DNA of 64,000 bases, from the NCBI GenBank assembly GCA_036867785.1, contig CP145418.1:930001-994000 (forward strand), written 5' to 3'. This stretch comes from Plasmodiophora brassicae (taxonomy: Eukaryota). The notes beneath the pieces were generated by a model, which saw only the letters and a list, made by a program, of their open reading frames with translations, did no database searches and was not told the DNA's origin. Both the position numbers and the translations under genes were made by a program. This document shows positions 44,529 through 56,071 of this stretch, piece by piece; position 1 is the stretch's first letter, and every line of letters begins with the position of its first letter.

Positions 44529-47500
44529 TCAGAATTGCAGAGTGAGGATAATGACAAGCAGGACGGCGACGGTTGAATGGGATGGGGACGTCATGGCGCG
44601 GGCGGCGGCTCTTACTGTTTCAAGCGCAGCCGCAGTACACTGGTCGGAGCTGGTAACCTGCCGGCCGTCCTGGCAGACGTGCATGGTCTGCACGGTCAAC
44701 GCGTCGAACGTGGCGACGCCTGGATTGTTCGGGTCCTCGAGCGTCGCCAGGACCGCCGCCTGGTCGGCCGGCGTGGACGATTTGAAGCTGATGACGAGCG
44801 TTACCGTATTTGACGGCGCATTCACCGTCGCGGTCTCGATGATGATGCGATCCTTGCCGATGCCCAGCGCCGCGCTCTCCCCGTTCTGGAACCGGTCCTT
44901 GGCCGCGTCCAGCGATTCGAATGCCAATAACGTCATCGCGAACCGAACTCGCAGCACGTACCCGACAACGCCCCGCGTGAATCCACCAGATGGCCTCGTT
45001 GTCGCCATCGCGCGTCGAACGAGACGCATCGTCTGTGACGCCTGGTAATCGGTGGCGATCGCCAACCACCAGGACGTCTGCGGTTTAGCATTCGCGAACA
45101 CGATCGTCAATGACCTGCCCGTCGACACGATGGGAACGCCAACGGCCACGGAGACCTCGACGTTCGTCGTCGCATCGTAGACGGAGATGGACGGGGTGAT
45201 CGTCCTGAACGTCAGCTGAACGGAGCGCCCAGGTGACGACGACGTCACCGTGATGGAGCAGTCGACGTTGCCGCCCCAGATCTCGAGCTGGCGACCCAGT
45301 CCTGGGCAGACGGCCGTTGCCTGAGGGCCCTGACAGAACGCGGACGTCGTCGTCTGGATGACGGTCGTCGGCAACGGGGCGGTGCTGGCAACGGCGGTCC
45401 AGTACGAGCCGGCCTGCTGGAGCGTCGAGGTGATCGTCACTGAATGCCCCGTCAGCGCGTCGCTCATCCACACGGGGTACGTGCTGGCGCCAACGATGGC
45501 GACGGCCGAGTCGCGACCCCACATGCTGTACGACTGGAACGCCATTCGTACGATGCACTGAGGCGCGGCCGTGATCACCAACGTACAATTCGTCAGGGTG
45601 AACGACGAGATGGGAACCGGCGGCCCCGAACACGGCAGGTTCAGGTTCATCGCGCCCGTGCAGAGCGTCGGCCGAGGCACGTCGATGGCGACGATGGTCC
45701 ACGACGAGTGCGATCCGGTGACGAGCGACGAGATCGTCAGCGAACCGCCGTATGAGGTGAACGTGGGATCCCGCGACTGAAGCGGGTTGTGGGTGCGGAC
45801 CCCGTCGTCGACGTTGAGCGCGTCGCCCATTTCGTACATGCTGATCGAGGCGAACACGAGTTTCACCGAGCGCCCGGGCGTCGCCCTCACCACCACGCTG
45901 CAGTTGGTCGCCATGTAGGCGACCGATATGGTCACGTTCTGGCCGGGTCCTGCGATGGCGACGTGCTGATTTCCCGTGCAGAACGTCGGCATGGGCGGAC
46001 TGGGAACGTCAAAGGCAACGACGGTCCAGGATGACGACGACCCCAGGGTGCGCGACGAGATCGTCAGCGATCGTCCGTACGACGTGAACGATGGATAGTT
46101 CCAGTACGTCGCCACGGCGCTGTACGTGTGGTACCCGTCGCCGACGGTCAGGTAATCGCCAGACTGCCACACTTCGACGGACGAGAACAGGAGGCGGAGG
46201 GCTCGACCGGGCGTCGCGGTCACAACCAGCGTGCAATTCGGCGTGCTCGTCGACACAATCGTCGCGTTCTGCCCGGGCGCCGTCATTGCCAGGTTCATCG
46301 CGCCCGTGCAGAGCGTCGGCATCGGCGGCCTGGGGACGTCAAAGGCGGTCGCCTGCCAGGTCGAGTACGACCCCGTGATGTGCGATGCGATCGTCACCGA
46401 CGGACCGTACGACGTGAACGCCGTGTAGGACCCGGCCTGGGTCTTGTACCCGTCGGTGACGGTCAGGGTGTCCGACAACCACATACCGACGGACGAGAAT
46501 ACGACCCGGACGGCGCGCCCGGCGGTCGCCTTCACCGTCAAGGCGCAGTCGGCGGGGACGTACGCCGACGATATCGTCACGTTCTGGCCGACGCCGGCAA
46601 TGTTGAGCTCCTGGGCGCCGCTCGTGCAGAACGCTGTCGGGCGAACCGCCGCCGAAACGGATACGGCGCCGCCGGTGGTGTACAGACCAGGGCCAGCGGC
46701 GACGAACGCGATGGTCAACGTGTTGCCGGACGAGACGTACTGGCGTCCTGTCCACGACAATGACAAGGGGGCGCTGCTGCCGACGTCGTAAGCCAGAAGC
46801 CGGACGCGCTGATCGTAGTAGGTGGTCGTCGGCGTGACGGCGACGGACTGGCCCGCGTTCGTCGCGATCGTCATCGTGCAATTCTGGCCCGTCGCCCGCA
46901 CGGTGACTTGCTGGCCGGGCGTCGTCAGCGCCAGAATTTGCCCAGAGGCCCGCGTGCAGTACACCAGGCCGACTACAGGGGCGACGTCAGCGACCGAGAC
47001 GGCCCACCAGGAGCTCGCTTGCTGGATGCTGAACGCGATCGTCATCGAGCGCCCCGTCGACGTGATCGACCCGGACAGGGCGAGCGCGTTCCCGACCAGA
47101 ACGGCGATCACGGTGGACTTCGTCGTGTTGCCGTCGAAGATCGTCACGGCGTCGGACCCGTACAGGGACGCCTCCGACGTTGTGAACTGGACGACGCGGC
47201 CGGGCGTCGCCGTGATCGTCACCGCACAGTCCATCCCGGCCGAGTACACCCAGGTGTTGTCGTTCGGCGCCACGAGCGTCGCCTGCGACGCCAGACCGCA
47301 GTAGACGTAGGGCGGCGTGGTCGGCCCCGAAACGAGCGGGTGCTGGGCCTGCGACGCCCGTACGGTATCGTTGTAGGGCAGCGCGCAGGCGAACGAGCTC
47401 GTCGAGCAGTACATGGGCTGGAAGTAGGCACCGCACCTGACAGTGTCAACGTTCAGACGTCGAGCGGACGCGCGGCCGGCAGAACCCGGCGGGACGTACC

Positions 47501-49037
47501 AGCCGAACGTGGAGCAGCAGCGCCCTGGCGAGCACCCGCTGTTGCCGAACATGGGCCCGCACTGGTGGTCGGGTCGTTCCCCTCCCGAGCACGTCGGCAG
47601 CGTGTTCGTGGTCGGCACTGGGACGTCGTAGGCGCGCGCCGTCCAGCCAAAGTTCGCGTTGGCCGACGTGAACACGACGGTCATCGTGCGGCCCGTCGAG
47701 ATGGCCGTCGTCGACGTCGACGCCTCCAGGATGCTGGACGTGCCGTTGCCGTCGTAAACGACCAGGAAGTCGCCGTAGGTCAGGTACAGGTACGGGAACA
47801 CGAGCTGGACGACGTGCCCGACGCTGGCCGTGATCACGAACGTGCAGTCGAGGCCGGACGCGAACCGCCCCGTCGGATGGCTGGCGATCGACACCGACCC
47901 GCCCAGCCCGATCGGCACGTTCTGCGACGTGGCGCCCTGCTGGCTGCAGTAGTACGTCCCGTTCGTCGCCACGAACGACGTCGACGGGGCCGGCGTCGGG
48001 GCCGGCGTGCGCCCACCAGTCGTTGTTGCTTTCGAGGTCGATCGTGGCCTCGTGGTGATGATGCGGATGCGTTCGCCGACCTCATCGGCGACATACATGG
48101 TGCCGTCGGGGCCGAACGCGAGCCCGGCCGGATGCTGGAAGTTGGCGGTCAGCGACGGGCCGTCGGCGTACCCGCCGATACCGCCCGCGTACGTCGTCAC
48201 GTTGCCCAGCGGCGTCGTCACCTTCCGGATGCGGTTGCTGCCGTACTCGGCGACGAACAGGTTGCCGTTGGGGTCGAGGCGGATCCCATACGGGTAGTCG
48301 AACGTGGCCGCCAGGCCGACACCTTCCCGCGATCCGACCGTGCCGCTGCCAGCCAGCACCGATACCTTGCCGGCCGTGTCGACCTGCTTGATCTGGAAGT
48401 TGGACGTGTCGGAGACGTAGATCGTGCCGGACGGGGCGATGGCAACGCCCCAGGGCCGGCTGAACCCGCCGGCGACGGTGGACACCGTCCCGGTCGGCGT
48501 CACCTTGCGAACCAGGTTGTTGCCGGAATCGGCGACGTACAGGTTGTCGTGCGCGTCGATGGCGAGCCCGGCCGGGTTCCTGAACATGGCCGACGTGCCG
48601 TCACCGTTCATGGTCCCGGAGGTGCCGTTGCCGGCCCACGCCGTCACCGCCAGGTTGCTCGCGATCTTCACGATTATGTGACGGCGGATCAGGCTGACGA
48701 ACAGGTTGCCGTGCGAGTCGAAGACCAGGTCGGTCGGGCCGTCCAGCGTCAGGGTGCTCGTCAGGTTCAGCGTCGAGACGACGCCCGATTGCGTTACTCT
48801 CCGGATGGCGTTGTTGTCGCAGTCGGCCACGATGACGTTGTTCGTGGCCCAGTCGACGGCGACGCCGAACGGTGTGTCGAACGAGGCCAGCGCCCCGATG
48901 CCGTCGGCAGAGCCGACCTGCCCGGATCCGGCCAGCGTGTGCACGTACGGGTCGGCGTAACCGATGCTGTCCACAGCGACGAGCACCAGCAGCACGAGCA
49001 ACAGCAGCGACATGACCGGCGGCGACTTAGGCAGCAT
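44529..49037 (-). CDS. NHL-propeller / CUB-like / hevein(CBM18) surface protein, copy A (short form)
   Basis: Signal peptide from MLPKSPPVMSLLLL; NHL repeats (FRNPAGLAID..NLYVADSGNNLVRKV); CUB-like DCTFVITA..DFLVVYDG; hevein QCGPMFGNSGCSPGRCCSTFGW/CG with in-frame intron 47437-47499; hydrophobic C-terminal tail. Confidence 0.9.
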   Translation of the reverse strand: MLPKSPPVMSLLLLVLLVLVAVDSIGYADPYVHTLAGSGQVGSADGIGALASFDTPFGVAVDWATNNVIVADCDNNAIRRVTQSGVVSTLNLTSTLTLDGPTDLVFDSHGNLFVSLIRRHIIVKIASNLAVTAWAGNGTSGTMNGDGTSAMFRNPAGLAIDAHDNLYVADSGNNLVRKVTPTGTVSTVAGGFSRPWGVAIAPSGTIYVSDTSNFQIKQVDTAGKVSVLAGSGTVGSREGVGLAATFDYPYGIRLDPNGNLFVAEYGSNRIRKVTTPLGNVTTYAGGIGGYADGPSLTANFQHPAGLAFGPDGTMYVADEVGERIRIITTRPRSTSKATTTGGRTPAPTPAPSTSFVATNGTYYCSQQGATSQNVPIGLGGSVSIASHPTGRFASGLDCTFVITASVGHVVQLVFPYLYLTYGDFLVVYDGNGTSSILEASTSTTAISTGRTMTVVFTSANANFGWTARAYDVPVPTTNTLPTCSGGERPDHQCGPMFGNSGCSPGRCCSTFGWYVPPGSAGRASARRLNVDTVRCGAYFQPMYCSTSSFACALPYNDTVRASQAQHPLVSGPTTPPYVYCGLASQATLVAPNDNTWVYSAGMDCAVTITATPGRVVQFTTSEASLYGSDAVTIFDGNTTKSTVIAVLVGNALALSGSITSTGRSMTIAFSIQQASSWWAVSVADVAPVVGLVYCTRASGQILALTTPGQQVTVRATGQNCTMTIATNAGQSVAVTPTTTYYDQRVRLLAYDVGSSAPLSLSWTGRQYVSSGNTLTIAFVAAGPGLYTTGGAVSVSAAVRPTAFCTSGAQELNIAGVGQNVTISSAYVPADCALTVKATAGRAVRVVFSSVGMWLSDTLTVTDGYKTQAGSYTAFTSYGPSVTIASHITGSYSTWQATAFDVPRPPMPTLCTGAMNLAMTAPGQNATIVSTSTPNCTLVVTATPGRALRLLFSSVEVWQSGDYLTVGDGYHTYSAVATYWNYPSFTSYGRSLTISSRTLGSSSSWTVVAFDVPSPPMPTFCTGNQHVAIAGPGQNVTISVAYMATNCSVVVRATPGRSVKLVFASISMYEMGDALNVDDGVRTHNPLQSRDPTFTSYGGSLTISSLVTGSHSSWTIVAIDVPRPTLCTGAMNLNLPCSGPPVPISSFTLTNCTLVITAAPQCIVRMAFQSYSMWGRDSAVAIVGASTYPVWMSDALTGHSVTITSTLQQAGSYWTAVASTAPLPTTVIQTTTSAFCQGPQATAVCPGLGRQLEIWGGNVDCSITVTSSSPGRSVQLTFRTITPSISVYDATTNVEVSVAVGVPIVSTGRSLTIVFANAKPQTSWWLAIATDYQASQTMRLVRRAMATTRPSGGFTRGVVGYVLRVRFAMTLLAFESLDAAKDRFQNGESAALGIGKDRIIIETATVNAPSNTVTLVISFKSSTPADQAAVLATLEDPNNPGVATFDALTVQTMHVCQDGRQVTSSDQCTAAALETVRAAARAMTSPSHSTVAVLLVIILTLQF

Positions 49038-50246
49038 CGTGACGCGTTGTTGGACGGGAGCGCGAGCTCGTTGGTTGGGGGATATGAAAAATGAGAAGGA
49101 TGCTGCCGATGGGCGGATCTCGTCCAGCCGAGATTCGCCTGTGCTCACCCGCCCAAATATCTCTGTCGTCATCCGCGCGGCATGGCGAGGGCACGCGATC
49201 CCCCATACGATGCGTCGAGTCGATGAAGATCCAGGGGCGGCAGCCCGATGAATCTGGGACGCGAGCACGCGTATCCGTCCAGCCTGCCCTGGCCGCCCTC
49301 GGCAGGTGCCATTGGCACGCGAATCCCGCGTGCCCTCGCCCAGGACCGCGTCGTACGCGAGTGGCCACCACACATCGTGTATTGGTGTACGTTCGTCAAC
49401 GTTCGTACCGTTGGCAATGCGCGATGAGGGCCGTTGAGGTCGCCTTGTCGCTCGCTTTCGTTTCGCGCCAGACCCGCCCAAATAATCCGCTTCCAGCCAA
49501 TTGGATAGATAGGGGGTCATCTGCCCAGAATTTTCGTTATTGTTGAATTGTATGCCGTTGCAGTATGCACTCGGTCTGGGATACCAATAGATGCCCATGT
49601 TGGAGGCAAATATGCACATAGGTTAGCGACAGCCGGTTCCTGGGCAATTCTCTACCTATGCGCTTGGCCGTTTATCTACTGGTCGTCATCGCCTGCCAGA
49701 GGCGAACACAGACTGGTTCACCGATATCAGCTCCCCAGCACCAACGCCGTTCTTGGACACCGGTATCATGGTCATCATCGCCTGACGAGTTCAAGGACAT
49801 CTCGAATTATATACGATATAAGCCGCTACGGGCGTGTCCGCGCGCGATCACGTTTATCAGCGGAAATGCATACTGTCTGTGGCCCTGTCGGGACGAACGA
49901 ACCCGCACATGACGAGGCAGACTCATAAACATCGCCATCCGTATGGGTATGGTGAACGAAGGACCAGTTAGGATCACGCTTCCACTTGGTGGTGACCGCT
50001 CAGTAAAGCCTACGTCGTCGCCGTGAACAACTATCAACCTCGGGACGAAACATCGCCGAGCCGCGACATCGTTGGCACCTGGTTCAAGGGGCAACGCAGG
50101 CACTAGGTAGTACTGCCGGAGAATGTTGTTCCTGAAGGCGATTGTATTATCGCTGGATTATTGTTAGTCCTCTTATGAGGTGCGGAGACACATCGAATAA
50201 CGGGGAAGGATATCCAGTCAGGCAGCTGCCAGAGGACGAAACGGGA

Positions 50247-53200
50247 TCAGAATTGCAAAGTGAGGATAGTGACAAACAGGACGACGGCGACGGTTGAGTG
50301 GGATGGGGACGTCATGGCGCGGGCGGCCGCTCTTACTGGCTCAAGCGCAGCCGTATTACACTGGTCGGAGCTGGTAACCTGCTGGCCGTCCTGGCAGACG
50401 TACATGGTCTGCACGGTCGACGCGTCGAACGTGGCGACGCCTGGGTTGTTCGGGTCCTCGAGCGTCGCCAGGACCGCAGCCTGGTCGGCCGGCGTGGACG
50501 ATTTGAAGCTGATGACGAGCGTTACCGTATTTGACGGCGCATTCACCGTCGCGGTCTCGATGATGATGCGATCCTTGCCGATGCCCAGCGCCGCGCTCTC
50601 CCCGATCTGGAATCGGTCCTTGGCCGCGTCCAGCGATTCGGATGCCAATAACGTCATCGTGAACCGAACTCGCAGCAGGTACCCAACAACGCCCCGCGCG
50701 AATCCACCAGATGGCCTCGATGTCGCCACTGCGCGTCGAACGAGACGCAACGTCTGTGGCGCCTGGTAATCGGTGACGATCGCCAACCACCAGGCCATCT
50801 GTTGTTTAGCATTCGCAAACACGATCGTCAACGACCTGCCCGTCGACACGATGGGGACGCCGATGGCCACGGCGACCTCGGCGTTCGTCATCGCATCGTA
50901 GACAGAGATGGACGGGGCGGTCGACCTGAACGTCAGCTGAACGGAGCTCCCAGGTGACGACGACGTCACCGTGATGGAGCAGTTGACGTTGCCGCCCCAG
51001 ATCTCGAGCTGACGACCCAGTCCTGGGGAGACGGCCGTCTGATGATCGCCCTGACAGAACGCGTACGTCGTCGTCTGGATGACGGTCTTCGGCAACGGGG
51101 CGGTGCTGGCATCGGCGGTCCAGTACGAGTAGGCCCGCTGGAACGTCGAGGTGATCGTCACTGACTGCCCCGTCAGCACGTTGCCGGTCCAGGGGCGGTA
51201 CGTGCTGGCGCCGATGGTGGCGACGGCCGAGTCCCGACCCCACATGCTGTACGACGTGAACGCCAGGCGTACGGTGCACTGAGGGGCGGCCGTGATCACC
51301 AGCGTACAGTTCGCCAGGGTCAACGACGAGATGGGAACCGGCGGCCCCGAGCACGGCAAATTAAGGTGCATGACGCCCGTGCAGAACGTCGGCCGGGGCA
51401 CGTCGATGGCGACGACGGTCCATGACGAGTGCGATCCGGCGACGAGCGACGAGATCGTCCACGATCCGCCGTACGACGTGAACGTGGGATCCCACGACTG
51501 AAGCGGGTTGTGGGTGCGGAACCCGTCGTCGACGTTGAGGGTGTCGCCCATTTCATACATGCTAATCGAGGCGAACACGAGTTTCACCGAGCGCCCGGGC
51601 GTCGCGCTCACCACCATGGTGCAGTTGGTCGCCATGTACGGGACCGATATGGTCACGTTCTGGCCGGGACCTGCGATGGCGACGTGCTGGTTCCCCGTGC
51701 AGAACGTCGGCATTGGCGGGCGGGGAACGTCGATGGCAACGATGGTCCAGGACGACGACCCCAGGGTGCGCGACGAGATTGTCAGCGATCGCCCGTACGA
51801 CGTGAACGGTGGATAGTCCCAGTACGTCGCCGCGGCGCTGTACCTGTGGTAGCCGTCGTTGACGGCCAGGTAGTCGCCAGAGTGCCACACGTTGACGGAC
51901 GAGAACAGGAGGCGGAGGGCTCGACCGGGCGTCGCGGTCACCACCAGCGTGCAATTCGGCGTGCTCGTCGATACAATCGTCACGTTGTGGCCGGAGCCTT
52001 CGATGGCGACTTGCTGGTTCCCCGTACAGAACGTCGGCATTGGCGGGCGGGGGACGTCGAAGGCAACGATGGTCCAGGACGACGACGACCCCAGGATGCG
52101 CGACGAGATCGTCAGCGATCGTCCGTACGACGTGAACGATGGATAGTTCCAGTACGTCGCCGCGGCGCTGTACGTGTGGTAGCCGTCGTTGACGGCCAGG
52201 TAATCGCCAGACTGCCACACGTCGACGGACGAGAACAGGAGGCGGAGGGCTCGACCAGGCGTTGCGGTCACCACCAGCGTGCAATTCGGCGTGCTCGTCG
52301 ACGCGATCGTCACGTTCTGGCCAGGGCCTTCGATGGCGACTTGCTGGTTCCCCGTGCAGAACGTCGGCATTGGCGGGAGGGGGACGTCGAAGGCAACGAT
52401 GGTCCAGGACGATGACGACCCCAGGGTGCGCGATGAGATCGTCAGCGATCGTCCGTACGACGTGAACGATGGATAGTTCCAGTACGTCGCCGCGGCGCCG
52501 TACGTGTGGTAGCCGTCATTGACGGTCAGGTAGTCGCCAGACTGCCACACGTTGACGGACGAGAACAGGAGGTGGAGGGCTCGACCGGGCGTCGCGGTCA
52601 CCACCAGCGTGCAGTTGGTCGCCATGTACGCGGCCGTTATGGTCACGTTCTGGCCGGGGCCTTCGATGGCGACCTGCTGGTTCCCAGAGCAGAACGTCGG
52701 CATTCGCGGGCGGGGGACGTCGAAGGCAACGATGGTCCAGGACGATAACGACCCCAGGGTGCGAGATGAGATCGTCAGCGATCGTCCGTACGACGTGAAC
52801 GATGGCATAGATCCAGTACGTCGCCGCGGTGCTGTACGTGTGGTAGCCGTCGTTGACGGTCAGGTAATCGCCAGAGTGCCACAGGTCCACGGATGAAAAC
52901 ACGAGGCGGAGGGCTCGGCCGGGCGTCGCGGCCACCACCAGCGTGCAATTCGGCGTGCTCGTCGACGCAATCGTCACGTTCTGGCCGGGACCTTCGATGG
53001 CGACCTGCTGGTTCCCCGTGCAGAACGTCGGCACTGGCGGGCGGGGGACGTCGAAGGCAACGATGGTCCAGGACGACGACGACCCCAGAGTGCGCGACGA
53101 GATCGTCAGCGATCGTCCGTACGACGTGAACGGTGGATAGATCCAGTACGTCGCCGCGGCGCTGTACGTGTGGTAGCCGTCGTTGACGGTCAGGTAATCG

Positions 53201-56071
53201 CCAGACTGCCACACGTCGACGGAGGAGAACAGGAGGCGGACGGCTCGACCGGGCGTCGCGGTCACAACCAGCGTGCAATTCGGCGTGCTGGTCGACGCGA
53301 TCGTCGCGTTCTGCCCGGGCGCCGTCATTGCCAGATGCTCGGCGCCCGTGCAGAACGTCGGCATCGGCGGCCTGGGAACGTCAAAGACGGTCGCCTGCCA
53401 GGTCGAGTACGACCCCGCGATGAGCGATGTGATCGTCACCGACGGGCCGTACGACGTAAACGCTGCGTAGGACCCGGCCTTGGCCTGGTACCCGTCGGTG
53501 ACGGTCAGGGTGTCCATCCCCTGCAGGGAGACGGACGAGAACACGACCCGGACGGCGCGTCCGGCGGTCGCCTTCACCGTGAAGGTGCAGTCAGCGGGGA
53601 CGTACGCCGACGATATCGTCACGTTCTGGCCGACGCCGGCAATGTCGAGCTCCTGGACGCCGCCCGTGCAGAACGCTGTCGGGCGAACCGTTGTCGTGAC
53701 CGACACGGCGCCGGTGGTGTACAGACCGGGGCCAGCGGCGACGAACGCGATGGTCAACGTGTTGCCGGACGAGACGAATGGGCGGCCTGCCCACGACAAG
53801 GGTGCGCTGCTGCCGACGTCGTAAGCCAGGAGCCGGACGCGCGGATCGTAGTAGGTGGACATCGGCGTGACGGCGACGGACTGGCCCACGTTCGTCGTGA
53901 TCGTCATCGTGCAATTCTGCCCCGTTGCCCGGACGGTGGCTTGCTGGCCGGGCGTCGTCAGCGCCAGCGTTTGTCCAGAGGCCCGCATGCAGTACACCAG
54001 GCCGACTACCGGGGCGACGTCAGCGACCGAGACGGCCCACCAGGAGCTCGCTTGCTGGATGCTGAACGCGATCGTCATCGAGCGCCCCGTCGACGTGATC
54101 GTCCCGGACAGTGCGAGCGCGTTCCCGACCAGGACTGCGATCACGTTGGACGTCGTCGTGTTGCCGTCGAAGATCGTCACGGCGTCGGACCCGTACAGGG
54201 ACGCCTCCGTCGTTGTGAACTTGACGACCCGGCCGGGCGTCGCCGTGATCGTCACCGCACAGTCCATCCCGGCCGAGTACACCCACGTGTTGTCGTTCGG
54301 CGCCACGAGCGACGCCTGCGACGCCAGCCCGCAGTAGACGTAGGGCGGCGTAGTCGGCCCCGACCCGAGCGTGTGCTTGACCAGCGACGCCCGCACGGTA
54401 TCGTTGTAGGGCAGCGCGCAGGCGAACGTGCTCGTCGAGCAGTACAGGGGCTGGAAGTACGCACCGCACCTAACAGCGTAAACGTTCAGACGTCGAGCGG
54501 ACACGCGGCCGGCAGAACCTCGGGGAACGTACCAGCCGAACGAGGAGCAGCAGCGCCCTGGCGCGCAGCCGCTGTTGCCGAACGAGGGCCCGCACTGGTG
54601 GTCGGGCCGCTCCCCTCCCGAGCAGGTCGGCAGCGTGTTCGTGGTCGGCACGAGGACGTCGTAGACGTGCGCCGCCCAGCCAAAAGTTCGCGTTGGCCGA
54701 CGTGAACACGACGGTCATCGTGCGGCCCGTCGAGATGGCCGTCGTCGACGTCGACGCCTGCAGGATGCTGGACGTGCCTTTGCCGTCGTAGACGACCAGG
54801 AAATCGCCGTCGTCCAGGTACAGGTACGAGAACACGAGCTTGACGACGTGCCCGGCGCTGGCCGTGATCACGAACGTACAGTCGAGGCCGGACGCGAACC
54901 GTCCCGTTGGATGGCTGGCGATCGACGCCGACCCGCCCAGCCCGATCGGCACGTTCTGCGAGGTGGCGCCCTGCTGGCTGCAGTAGTACGTCCGGTTCGT
55001 CGCCAAGAACGACGTCGATGGGGCCGGCGTCGGGGCTGGCCTGCGCCCACCGGTCGTCGTTGCTTTCGCGGTCGACCGTGGCCTCGTGCCGATGACGCGG
55101 ACCCGTTCGCCGACCTCATCGGCGACGTACATGGCGCCGTCAGGGCCGAACGCGAGCCCGGCCGGATGCAGGAACTTGGCGGTCAGTGACGGGCCGTCGG
55201 CGTACCCGCCGATGCCGCCCGCGTACGTCGTCACGTTGCCCAGCGGCGTCGTCACCTTCCGGATGCGGTTGCTGCCGTACTCGGCGACGAACAGGTTGCC
55301 GTTGGTGTCGAGGCGGATTCCATACGGGTAGTCGAAGGTGGCCGCCGGGCCGACGCCTTCCTGCGACCCGACCGTGCCGCTGCCCGCCAGCACCGATACC
55401 TTGCCGGCCGTGTCGACCTGCTTGATCTGGAAGTTGGACGTGTCCGAGACGTAGATCGTGCCGGACGGGGCGATGGCAACGCCCCAGGGCCGGCTGAACC
55501 CGCCGGCGACGGTGGACACCGTCCCGGTCGGCGTCACCTTGCGAACCAGGTTGTTGCCGGAATCGGCGACGTACAGGTTGTCGTGCGCGTCGATGGCGAG
55601 CCCGGCCGGGTTCCTGAACATGGCCGACGTGCCGTCACCGTTCATGGTCCCGGAGGTGCCGTTGCCGGCCCACGCCGTCACCGCCAGGTTGCTCGCGATC
55701 TTCACGATTATGTGACGGCGGATCAGGCTGACGAACAGGTTGCCGTGCGAGTCGAAGACCAGGTCGGTCGGGCCGTCCAGCGTCAGGGTGCTCGTCAGGT
55801 TCAGCGTCGAGACGACGCCCGATTGCGTTACTCTCCGGATGGCGTTGTTGTCGCAGTCGGCCACGATGACGTTGTTCGTGGCCCAGTCGACGGCGACGCC
55901 GAACGGTGTGTCGAACGAGGCCAGCGCCCCGATGCCGTCGGCAGAGCCGACCTGCCCGGATCCGGCCAGCGTGTGCACGTACGGGTCGGCGTAACCGATG
56001 CTGTCCACAGCGACGAGCACCAGCAGCACGAGCAACAGCAGCGACATGACCGGCGGCGACTTAGGCAGCAT
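50247..56071 (-). CDS. NHL/CUB-like/hevein surface protein, copy B (chimeric; two +1 frameshifts as assembled)
   Basis: Same architecture with 4 extra repeats. Extra c near 52806 (gatggcatag vs gatggatag in copy C) and extra a near 54683 (caaaag vs caaag) split the ORF into three pieces. Confidence 0.8.
51700..53370. repeat. Intragenic tandem repeats of about 330 bp (110-aa CUB-like modules); also about 58735-60400
   Basis: Recurring PP(M/V)PTFC(T/S)GNQQVAIEG..NCTLVV.ATPGRA..SFTSYGRSLTISSR units. Confidence 0.92.

Noticed and set aside
46908-49094. Long plus-strand ORFs over the array (728, 511 and 672 aa)
   Set aside because: Antisense shadows of GC-rich coding sequence; Arg/Gly-rich with no domain features.
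49038-49619. 195-aa N-terminal extension of the 1696-aa ORF (also in copies B and C)
   Set aside because: Lies upstream of the signal peptide, crosses a duplication junction and differs in copy C; most likely open-frame promoter/UTR sequence.
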